Assembly: GCF_964194155.1 (NCBI RefSeq)
Contig: NC_135886.1
Location: forward strand, 71,486,001 to 71,550,000
Source: Cetorhinus maximus
Lineage: Eukaryota
Length of the DNA: 64,000 nt
Direction of reading: 5' to 3'
This document shows, one piece after another, positions 25,213 through 36,310 of this stretch. The notes beneath the pieces are model-generated. The model made no database searches, was not told the DNA's origin, and saw only the letters and a list, made by a program, of their open reading frames with translations. The position numbers were made by a program, and so were the translations under genes. Within the stretch, counting starts at the first letter, position 1; each line of letters opens with the position of its first letter.

Positions 25213-26532
25213 TATACCCCATCCTAACTTGTGTATAATTGCACAGAAATCACAGCACAGAAACAATTTTCAGACCATCAAGGCCATATTGGTGTTTATC
25301 CTCCATGCAAGCAGTAATCCTATTCTTATGTGGCCTGCCTAGTTCCCATATCCCCTTCAACCAAACACCTAATAGTGTTGACAAGGCCTCTGCTTCAATC
25401 ACTAACAATAGTATTGTATTCCATAGCCTCGAAAAACATGTTTAAAAAAGATGTATATTTCATCGAGTTCTCTGCCCGAAGGCAGGTGGTTATTTGTCAA
25501 ACCACAGCAAAGTGCCATGATTTTTACTACAAGTAGCGTAAGGAGGCAGGTCCTGAATCTACCTCAGTCGGAACGGGGATCAAACACTGCTGTTGGCACT
25601 AATCTGATCCGCACATTAGCCATTTAGCCAACTGAGCTAACTGGCCCCAACAATGTTTCCTGTTCAGTCCTAAATTTCTTGCATTTAATCTTACATGTGT
25701 CCCCTCATTCTAGATCCCTCAATCACTGGAAACCATCTGTGAAGGAATGGGACACAGTTAATGGAAACAATATTAAATGCTGGACCATTGTAAAATTAAG
25801 GTGATAACTTTAATATTTGAGGCAACAGAACAGCACCAAATTGCTGCTCAATGACATTTCTTGAAGTAGCATAGGTCTCATCATATGAGTGTTGGTGATG
25901 AGTGACTGGGTTGTGGAGGGAGACATCAGTCAGGTATAGAATGAATCACCATTTTTGATACTTTGGCCCAAAGATCTCGAACAGCCAATTAGTGCAGACT
26001 GGCCGACTGATATCATGCTGCTGCCAGGATGACATGTATTTACCAGCATGGTGAGCTGGGTGTGTTCACATACCAGCTGCATATTGAGCCAAAGTATACT
26101 TTGCAGCACCAATGTATTTCAGCATTGAGATTCATTGCCCACAAAGCTACATGTATGCAATCCCCTCTCTTTGCATACAGTCTCTGTCGCCTCCTGGATG
26201 CAGCAATGGATGGCAAACCATGACAACTGGAGGAGGGTGGATGTCTCTTTGCTTTTAAACTGCATGCATAGTATCGCAAGTACTGTGCTACCAAATTTTG
26301 TGTCCTTTTGTGTTGCGTTGGACATATTGTGATAAGATCATGGTGCCTAATGTCTTGGTATTATGCCTCCAGAGTGCTAACACCATGGCTAGCTCATGTA
26401 CAGCCAAGCAAGAAACCAGAATTGCAAGAGATATGGAGAGAACTTGCTGGTCGTCAATCGCAAGCGGAGCAGTGAAGAGTGGTCTCTCTGATACAGGGAA
26501 TAATTGGGCAAAGAAACTGGAACAAGTGGCAT

Positions 26533-27307
26533 TGTTACAATCCCTGTGGAGATCAATGATTTTTTAAAAAAGATGAATTTCCCAGCAACTACTGGAAATT
26601 ACTAAAGGAGAAAATTTCATGTTTTAAGACTTTTACTCTTAAACATCAAACATTACTTAACAGGCAACTAATGTACCAAACTAAAGAGTATTTTCATATC
26701 AACTAATTAACACAATCTTCCTACAACCTCTTGTTCTCTGTACACCTAATTTCTAGCAGATGTAAAGTTCCAAGTTACTCCCAGCCTTCCAGCAGGTCCA
26801 CTTCCCCCTGCCACACCAGGTCAAATCCTCCAGTGTCCTTCGAAAATTGTTCCATTCAGCACCACTCACCTGCAAGGCCCACCTCAGTGACTCCTTGTCC
26901 CTTAAAACTCAAAAGTCCTCTCTGTTCGGTCCTCTTCAAGCAGAATACGAGCTGTTACAAGCAGTCTGCTTAGTTGTTAACGCAAACAGTTCATCCTGCT
27001 CTTTGTAGCAGCAGCTTTGTTACTTTTCCACATAGCAGCATCTGCCTTGTCTCTCTCACTCAGTGTCTCTGTGCCTATCTCCAAAAGGCAGCTGTGCCTT
27101 TTGCATGTCAAGATGTGAAAACTGTTAGTTGATTTTCAATAGGATTCAGTTTGCTTTCCTTTTCCCATGGCCATGGGGTCTGTTTCCAGGCAGAGGTTCA
27201 GTACGACCCCATCGCCCTATCCAGAACTGTTCAGTTCTGTTTCACCTTAAATTAAAGGAGACACTTTAAAAAACATAACCATCTTGTAAAGTCCAATTTT
27301 CATAACA
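26533..27307 (-). mobile_element. Probable solo LTR (775 bp)
   Basis: TGTTA...TAACA inverted termini; flanks gcat/acat as a 4-bp TSD with one mismatch; no coding remnant; strand tentative. Confidence 0.55.
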
Positions 27308-27908
27308 ACATCAGAGGTGTTGTGCACAAGGACCTCGGCTAAATGACTAATTAATTTAATCATTCAGTCATGTTACAGTAAATACATCACTTGAGTTTAG
27401 TGCTTCATGACTTTAGCTGATCTGGGCAAGATTATAAATAACTAAATGGAGGACATAGGTAGGAAAGGTTTCAGAGATTGCCTTGAAGTCATAGCTGAGA
27501 TATAACAATTCCACTTTTAATTATTGCCTCCCAACAGGAACGCAGCTCCCAGGTCATTCCCCAGCGAAGGCAAGGGTTCTGCCGCCAAAGACATCATGAT
27601 TGTGCATCCACTCCTCGCCACCCTCTTCCCAAAACCTCCCGTTCTTCGCTGCTCCCACCCACTGCCACCGCCCGTTCTGCCACTTCCCACTCACTGATGT
27701 TTGTTAACATCGCTCTCTCCGCTGCTCGCAGGAGGCGGACAACTGGGGCCAGGGCCAGCGAGGCTCACATCTTACGAATTAATAAAAAAAGCAAAATTGC
27801 TACTTCCAAAACATTTACAGCACATTTTAAATTTTAACATAAAGTAAACGTGGAGTCGAATGTTGAGTAATGATTCTTTCTCTAGTTAGTTGATGAAATT
27901 GCGTCGTG

Positions 27909-28128
27909 CATGTTATACGGCATCCTCGTTCAGGAAGCATTGCGCTGTAGGGCAGTTTCCCCATTGATGGAAGGCGCCATGTTATACGGCATCCTCACAG
28001 AAAGCATTGCACTGTACGGCAGTTCCCCTTGATGGAAGACGCCATGTTGTACGGCATCCTCCACAGAAAGCATTGCGCTGTACGGCAGTTCCCCCATTGA
28101 TGGAAGACACCATGTTGTACGGCATTCC
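27909..28128. repeat. Minisatellite, ~3.3 copies of a 65-69 bp unit just upstream of the MORC4 ATG
   Basis: Units start at 27909, 27978, 28043, 28111 (catgttRtacggcatcctc..cagRaagcattgcRctgta.ggcagtt.ccc.attgatggaagRcRc). Confidence 0.9.
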
Positions 28129-28184
28129 ACCGCCGTTGACAACGTTGCGCCCTCACCTGGGAAACGGAGAACTCTTGATCAAAC

Positions 28185-28223
28185 ATGGCGAGGCTGAGTG
28201 AGCATGGGATTCGCCTCAGTGCG
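28185..28223 (+). CDS. MORC4: MORC4 (MORC3/4-type) coding exon 1
   Basis: Kozak aacATGG; MARLSEHGIRLSA|gtaagc; GIRLS is the MORC3/4 N-terminal motif. Confidence 0.88.
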
Positions 28224-28320
28224 GTAAGCTGAATAATAACGTAATAACCAGCCGGAATCAGACGGAGCTGAGTTGCACATCTGCCAAATAACGCTGACGA
28301 TGTTTTATTTTCTTCTTCAG

Positions 28321-28393
28321 ATGAGCCCCACCTACTTACACACGAACTCGACCAGTCACACCTGGCCTTTTAGCGCAATCGCCGAGCTCATAG
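28321..28393 (+). CDS. MORC4: MORC4 coding exon 2 (GHKL ATPase motif I)
   Basis: ttcag|[24 protein letters not shown]|gtaagg. Confidence 0.92.
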
Positions 28394-28539
28394 GTAAGGC
28401 ATCGCACTGGCTTGTCAATCTATTCTTACTATAGCAATTCGCCGATGCTCGGCTTCTCTGCTGATCGCAACAGGAATTCAGCCGCCTTACATTTTATATT
28501 TAATTATTTAATTATGTCCGAAGTCTCGACTGCAGAGAC

Positions 28540-29163
28540 AACCGAATTTGCGCGGGGGAGGGTCGCCTCGATGACTGACGGATGATTAGACCAATTAGGC
28601 GATGGATCCGTCATTTTGGGGCAGGTTTATCCACCCCTGACTGACGTTTGTTTTCGGCAATTAGCGAGCTGAGGGCGGGCTGCAAGGATCTGATTGGCGC
28701 AAACGCTTGATTAGCATTGGCGCGAGCCAATTGAATTTGAACTGTCGTTAACGCCTGTGAGGTAGATGCAACAACCGTTGAGGATTGAAGTTGTCTGGTG
28801 GACTCTAGTTGGTGAGGGCGGGGAGAAGGAAAAACAGGTTAGGTTCAGGAGTGATCTGGGTGAATTCGGTGATGATTTGGGGTGGGTGGAAAGGATTGTA
28901 CAGTCGATAGTAGCCGGGAGCGGTTGTTATCACCTGACGTCTCCCAAGCCCCTGACTGCAACCCGCAACACTCTAGGCTTCTCAGCCAATCACAGAACGC
29001 AACGGAATCACAACAAACACCGCGTGACAATAGGAGCGAGCTTGAAACTTCCGTGTTGGGTGACGCCTCAGGAGCACGCGGGGAGCTGTGATTGGTCATT
29101 TCGGGGCCAGCTGTGATTGGTCATTTTTGGGGTGTTAGCGGGCAGTATTCGAATTGGGTAAGT
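28540..29163 (+). promoter_or_regulatory. Intronic CpG-rich promoter-like element with a splice donor
   Basis: At least 7 CCAAT/ATTGG boxes, GC boxes, TGACG sites, E2F-like TTGGCGC, TTTGAA; tgg|gtaagt donor at 29158. Confidence 0.6.
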
Positions 29164-30004
29164 AGAACTGTGTCCGAAGTGGAAAATGTGGTGAGGGGTA
29201 ATTGTGGTTCTGCGGTCTGAGCAGAAATTTGGACAAAAGTTTTAGTTTAGGCCATCAATTTATTGCTATCAGAATGACCATCCTTAGTGTTAAGTATTAC
29301 AAAGTAATATTTGCATAAGTATGCCATAAATAAGTATTTATGGCATAGTAACAGGCCAACAGATTCATGTTTATGTTTCACACATGCCTCTTCCCACTCT
29401 AATCCTATTATGAGTCATCTCTGGACTTTTAATTTTCTAATATCTTTATTGTTGGCTTTCCTCTATCCTTTGACATACAAGAACTAAAAATATTTGGTCC
29501 CCTAGGCCCATCATTACTGTCTGTGCTGATCTTCCAGTCCCCTTCGCCATTATCTGTAAAATTGTCTTTATCTCAGAATATTTCTGCAAGATTGTCCTGC
29601 TTTATATTCCCTCCCACACCCATTCAAACTTGACACTCGCTCTTTATGCATCATTCCCACCCTTTACCCTGTTGTTGCTGATAGTGCTTCCAGCTACCAC
29701 CTTATTCTTGAACAAACGCCACCTCTTTTCTTACCAAGGAGAGCTGTATGATAAATGGGAAAGTGCTGAGAGTGTGACTGTGTTAAACACTGGCTGAGCT
29801 GCCTATTCTCATTGAACTTGTGGGGTAGTAGGGGTGCCTTGCTTTATGTATGTATATATAAAGAATACTTTCTGGTGAATTTTTCAATTTTGCTTTGTGG
29901 AGTGCTTTAGTTTTTATTGAGATTGCTGTTCTAGTGAAATTTTACATCTGTGGGTGGATTGTTGCTTATTTTGATAACTAACATTTATTGTAACAAGGTG
30001 GGGG

Positions 30005-30380
30005 GGGGGTTGACATAGTGATAATGTCACTGGGCTGGTAATCCAGAGGTCCAGGCTAATGCTGTGGGGGTGTGGGTTCAAATCCAACCATGGCAGCTGG
30101 TGGAATTTAAAATTCAATTAAATCTAGAATTGAATGCTAGTCTCAGTAATGGTGACAATGAAACCATTGTTGATTGTTGTAAAAAACCCATCTGATGCAC
30201 TAATATCCTTTACGGAAGGAAATCTGTCCTACATGTGACTCGGTCTGGAGTAATGTGGTTGACTCTTAACTGCCCTCTGAAATGGCCTAGCAAGCCACTC
30301 AGTTCAAAGGCAATCAGGGATGGGCAGTGAATGCTGGTCTGGTCAGCGACGCCCACATCCCATGAAAGAATAAAAAAAAA
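30005..30380 (+). mobile_element. tRNA-derived SINE sharing its 3' tail with the 15082-15980 LINE
   Basis: A/B-box-like head (gggttcaaatcc) and tail gatgggcagtgaatgctggtctggtcagcgacgcccacatcccatgaaagaataaaaa. Confidence 0.8.
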
Positions 30381-30961
30381 CCCAGAATACCAAGTGTAAC
30401 AATTTTTTGAAGTTTTGGTGTATGTGAATTTCACAGCCTCATAATTCTCTGTTTACTGTCAGGCTGTGCCTCTTCTAATCTCGGCTATAACGATGTACTG
30501 CTAATTCACTGCGTTCATTCATGTGCATTTGGCTGCCACACAGAACCTGAACCTATTCTGTCTGTCTTCTTATCTCTTAGCAGCTGTCAAGTTCTTCTGT
30601 ACATCTTCCCTTCCTGTCAGCCTGTCATGCTAGCTTTCATTTCCCTGTTGGGCATGTTGAACCCCAAATCTGACTCCACCCCGTCACTGCCTTCCTTATT
30701 TATTTTTTAAAATTTATGTTCTTATTTCTTATGTTCGTCTTATCCTACTACTGTCCCAGGCTTGAATCTGCCTTGGATTAGCCCAGAGCTACCTCTGTAC
30801 CTTTCTTGACATTCACTCGCTGCTGCCTCCCTACAAGCAACAACCAAGGTTGCCACCCTTTCTCACCAGCACCTGTTAGAGGTTAACTTCGCCAAACTAT
30901 TTCTTGACCTGCTCACCTCAGACAACATCCCTTTTGACTTTATCACCCCTCCCTACGTAAC

Positions 30962-31790
30962 ATGGAATAGAATGTTACATCACAGAATGAGGCCATTTGG
31001 CCTAATGTCTGTGTCAGCTCTTTGAAAATACCATCCAATTAGTCCCACTCCCCTGCATTTTCATCAATGTGTTGCAGATTTTTCCTTTCATATATTTATC
31101 CAATTCCCTTTTGAAAGCTACCACGGAATCTGTTTCCACCATCCTTTCAGACGGTGCTTTCCAAATCAACAACTCGCTGTGTTTTTTTTAATAAATTTTT
31201 AAACAATCTCCCTATTAGCTTTAAACAAACCCGTCTTCTTTTGCTCATGACCTTAAATCATGTCCTCTGTTTATTAACCGCTCCGGCCAGTGGAATATTT
31301 TCTCAAAATCTCTCCTTACTTTGAACATCTCTGTTAAATCTCCTCTGATCCATCTCTCCTTTAAGAACAATTCCAACTTCTCAAGTCTTGCCACATAACT
31401 GAATTGCTCACCCCTGGTACCATTCTGATAAACATCTTCAGGGCTTTGATATCCTTCCTATAGTGTGTGCTCAGAATTGGACACGATATTCCAGCTGAGG
31501 CTAATCAGTGATTTATAAAGGTTTAGCTTAGTTAAGTTCTTTGCTTTTGTACTCTATGACTCTACTTATAAAGCCCAGGATCCCATATTCTTTTTAACAG
31601 CCTTCTCAACCTGTCCTACACCTTCAGATATTTGTATTTGTGAACCCACAAGTCTCTGTTCCTGCACTCCCTTTAAAATTGTACCACTTAGTTTATATTG
31701 CCAGTCCTCATTCATCCTTCCAAAATGCATTACTTCACACTTCTCTGCATTAAATTTCATCTGTTGTGTATCTGCCCATTTCACCAGTCT
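30962..31790 (-). mobile_element. CR1 LINE 3' fragment
   Basis: KWAD.QQMKFNAEKCEVMHFGR on the minus strand. Confidence 0.85.
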
Positions 31791-32150
31791 CGTTTTATCT
31801 CTACCTTTTAGCCTATTTCGATTCCTTCACCCCACCCCCACTAGGGCTATCTGTACCTTGCTTGTCCAGCTTTCTACCCTTAATTAGCACATTCCTTAGA
31901 TAATATCACCACCTTCAACACCTCTTTGTCCTTTTGTCTATGACATCTTTTGGCTATCTCCACCTATCACTGGCCCTCTATCCAGCTCTACCCCATCACC
32001 CCCCCCCTTAAACCAGCTTATATTTCACCTCTTTTCTATTTTTCCTCAGTTCTGTTGAAGAGTCATACGGACTCGAAATGTTAACTGTGTTCCTCTCCGC
32101 AGATTCTGCCAGACCTGCTGAGTTTTTCCAGGTATTTTTATTTTTGTTTT
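31790..32150 (+). mobile_element. PLE 3' end / pLTR with hammerhead motif
   Basis: Homologous to 60370-60672; cagttCTGTTGAagagtcatacggactcGAAAtgttaactg at 32047-32087. Confidence 0.75.
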
Positions 32151-33869
32151 CTCATTATCGTAAAGTTTGCTCCTTTACTCCTTATGGTTTACTGAACTTT
32201 CAAGTTTTGTGTGATCTGCAAACTTTGGAATTAGATATAGAAGGCAAAATTTCAAGTCACAGCATACATTAAAAGAGCTCTGGCCATTATACTGTCCATT
32301 GAGGTACAGCACTGTATATTTCCCTCCAGTCTCTCAAACAGCAATTCATTTATCTCTACTTTTTGATTCTTAGCCACAGTGCCATTGCTCGTATAGACCT
32401 ATAGGTTTTTATTTTTATTTTTAACAAGACTATTATGTTGCATTTTATTGAACACCTTATGAAATCTGTGTACACAACTACACTCCCTTCATCAGCCCTC
32501 ATTTACTTCATTAAAGAACTTAATCTAGTTTGTCAGATACAACTTTCCTTTAACAATTTGGTGTTGACTGCCATTTGTGAACTAATCCATGTTCTTTCAA
32601 GCACCAGTTTTGTCCTAGGTTATGGTTTCTAGATGTGTCTGCACTACCAACTAGCCTACAGTTAACAGGCTTATCCATCCCTTTTACTCCCTTAAATGTC
32701 TATTCACTTGCAAACAAGGCCCTTGTCATCTACAGCCTTATGATTGCATTGGCATCCCGACTTTGACTGAAACTTGCCTTATGCGTGACTATCTACCCAA
32801 CTATACATTCAATTATTTGCACAAAAACTGTTACAATGACAGCATTGTTCCTTATCAGTACTGTACATATGCTGTCCAAACAATGAGATACTCACTGGCT
32901 GTACAATACCAGACGGGAGTAAAACAAAATACTTCCATTAGCTGGAAATTTGAATATAAACAGAAAATGCAGAAAACACTCGACAAATCAGCTGGCATCT
33001 GTGGAGCTGATACTGAGACACATGGATTGTACAGAACTAGGCAAAAGGATATAGTCCTCTTGTATCTGTTGTGTGCTATACTGGTCCACACCCAGCGATG
33101 CAAATAAGCTGCAGGCAAATTTTCCAGCTCTGCTGGCAGTTTTAGCACTGAAGAAAATATTAATCTGTCAGGTTAGGGAAAACATGGCTCTGTGCCTCCA
33201 GTTAACCCCTCTTCAATGACTTAACCTGCGCATACTCACACAGATACTGGAAGGTCTCACCTATTGGTGCTCCAGAAAGACGTATTTCAACGCATAGACC
33301 ATATGCAGTGGAATCTCAGCAGCTATCTTTAATGGTGGCTGCGTTGGCAGCAGACTCTGTTGGAATATAGTGAACAGATTAAAGGAATCAGAGAGTTCAT
33401 TTTCAACAGGAACTTTCCCTCTGAGATAATCCTTTCAAATTGTAATAGTCCTCACTGCACCCACTTTCCAGAGATGACCTAATACCACATTATTCACTAA
33501 CCACTATGGAGCCTGACAGAAGGAAATAAAGACATCAAATCCAAGGTCAGAACAGCCCCAATTGAATACAAAGCACAGCTATGAATTCTTTTATGTCCCC
33601 AGTAAAATGTTTTCTCTCTCCCATCCCAGTCAATTTTCCTGATATGGTCCACATCTTTGTTCTCAAGTCCAAGGGGTGCACATTTGAGCTTATCTGACAA
33701 CTGGTTTAACATCCATCACCCGATCTGGCAGGATCCCATCAAGTACTGTTGGGCCTCACTCTGGCAATTCTGCTCATTACTTTGGGACTAACATGGAGAT
33801 TAAATATAACCCTCCTCCTGAATTCTTTTTTCCATTACTAACTATCTCCATAAACCCCTCTACCCTTCC

Positions 33870-35505
33870 TCTTCTGTTATCGCCTGCAACAAGTATGAAG
33901 ACCTCACGGGACATTTTATAACTGAAATTTAAGTCATGCCTTCTGCTGTTCCCCTTGTCAAACCTTCCCTTTGGCTTACTCTGCTCCAGCCCTGATTCTT
34001 CACAATTCTCTAGTTTTCTCTTCTATCTCCCCTCATCCCTTTTCCGAGCTTATCCATGAGACCCTACTCCTGCTCCCTTGACCCTATTCTTTCTAAACTG
34101 CTGAACAGCCAGCTTCTCTTCCTGGCCCTCGCATGAGCTGATATTATAAATGATTCCTACTCCTTGGGTATTGTCCCTTGTCCTTTCAAACCATTAGCAT
34201 CGCCCCCTCTTAAAAATCCCACCTTTCTCACTCTTTGCAGACCACCACCCTATGACCCTTTCTTGCTACCTTTCCCTTAATGGGTTCTTAAACATTTTAT
34301 CTCCTTCCAAATCTGTGCCCAACTTTATCACACTTTCATGTTTGAATCTCTAATCAGGTTTCACCCCTGTTACCACATTGAAATGGCCCTAATCAACGTA
34401 AAAAAATGTTATTCTCTTTGACTGGGGTGCCCTAATACTCCTCATTTTGGCCTTTGACACAGTGAGTCATCTCATCCTTCCCCAATATCATCCCTCACTT
34501 GCCCAGTTCCCTGGGATTGCTGTCATTTGGTTCCATGCATAACTATCCAATTGTAGTCGTAGCATCTCCAGGAATGACTTTTCTTCCCACCTCCACCTCA
34601 CCATTAGCCCTGTATTTGGCCATATGCTATCCCTTGGTGATATCACCCAAGGACATGTACATTGATGGTGCCCAGCTCTATCTCTCCATTACTTGCCTTG
34701 GACCACCTCTGTGTTGTCAGATTGCTTGTTCATTAGATGAGCCAAAGTTTCCTCCAGTTACACATTCAGAATTCTGAAGCCTTCATCTTAAACCAAAAAC
34801 ACGATACCCTTGCCCCGATTCGATTTCCCCTTCCCCGCCCACTGTTTTCGACTGAACTGGACGTTTTGCAGTTTTGGCATCCTGCTTAACTCCCACCTAT
34901 CCCATCCACTCCATCATTGTTGCTTCTGTAACATCACCTGCTTTCGTCCCTGCTTCAGCTCATCTTCTGCTGAACCCTCATTCATGCCTTTTAGTCACCT
35001 CCAGACTTGACTAGACCAATAGGAATCAGGTCATTTAAATTTTGTCAATTTCAGCTGATCCGAATCTCTGCTGCCCATATCCTATTCAGAGTCATGCCCT
35101 ATTACCTATCGACCCTGATCTCACTGGCCTACATTGACTCCCAGTACCCCACTGCCTACAGTGTTAAGATTATCGTCATGTTTAATTGCCTTCATAGCCT
35201 TTCCCTTTCTTTATAATCTCCCCCAGACCTCCAACTGCTGACCTCTCCATTCCTCTGACTGGCCTTTTGTGCATTTCACCAATTATTGGTGGCTGTGCCA
35301 TCAGCCATCTAGGTCCCAGACTCTGGAATTTCCTGCCTAAATCCCTCTGCCTCACTGTCACACTTTCCTCCTTTGAGACACTCCTCAAAACCCAGCTTGT
35401 TGACCAAACTTTTGTCAGCTATTCCTAAATCTTTTTCCTTGGCTCAGCATTCATTTTTGCCTCAGGAACATTTTTTCTACATTAAATGCATTATATAAGT
35501 GCAAC
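33870..35505 (+). mobile_element. Degenerate L2 LINE
   Basis: Pyrimidine-rich; remnants of LDPIP, SGF.P.H..E.AL, AFDTV, Y.D..QLYLS; L2 3' tail. Confidence 0.75.
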
Positions 35506-35734
35506 TTTTAAAAATCCTTCTCAAAACATATCTTTTCCACCAAGTTTTAAGTCACCCATCTAATCTGCTTTCATAGTTTGCCATCTGTTCCCATTGTTCT
35601 TCTCTCCAATCTGTAAAGTGTCTTGCGACACTTCATTAAAGGCCCCAAATTAATCCAAGCTGCAATTGTTGAATGGTCCCAATTGTCCTAGAATTGTTTA
35701 ATTAATAAACAACAGACTGAGGGGTTATGACTTA

Positions 35735-36310
35735 ACAACAACTTTCATTTATATGGTGTTTTAAAGGTAGTAAAATGTCTCGAGGCATTGCACAGGTCCA
35801 TCATCAAATAGAACTTGATAATGAGCCACATAAAGCAATATTAGGACAGGTGACCAAAAGTGGTAGGCTTTAATGTACATCTTAAAGGAGGAGAAAAATG
35901 TAGCGAGACAGCGAGGTTTAGGGAGTGAATTCCAGAGTTTAAAGCCTAGGCAGCTGAAGGTATCATCACCAATAGTGAAACAAAGAAAGTTGGGATGCGC
36001 AAGAGGCTAGATTTGGAGGGATGCAGAGATTTCTAAGGGTTGGAGGAGATTTTGGAGATGTGAAGAAGCAAGGCAATGGAGGAATTTGAAAACAAAGATG
36101 AGAATAAAATTGAGGCATTGCCGTACCAAGAGCTAGGGTAGTTCAGCGAGCACAGGGATGATGGGACTGGAATTTGGTGTGAGTTAGGGTACAGGCAGCA
36201 AGAGAGCATGTGCTCAAGTTTATGGAAGGTTTAATGGTTGGGGTGGTGGGGAGGGATCCAAGAGAACATTTAAAAAGTTGCTTGAGAAGCCAGGAGAGCA
36301 TTGGAATAGT
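35735..36310 (-). mobile_element. L2 LINE 3' fragment
   Basis: Reverse-complement L2 tail and LWNSLP-type region. Confidence 0.7.

Noticed and set aside
25560-25650. tRNA-like sequence
   Set aside because: SINE head; no complete cloverleaf.
27909-28128. Repeat array as a CRISPR
   Set aside because: Eukaryotic context, no unique spacers and no cas genes; it is a minisatellite.
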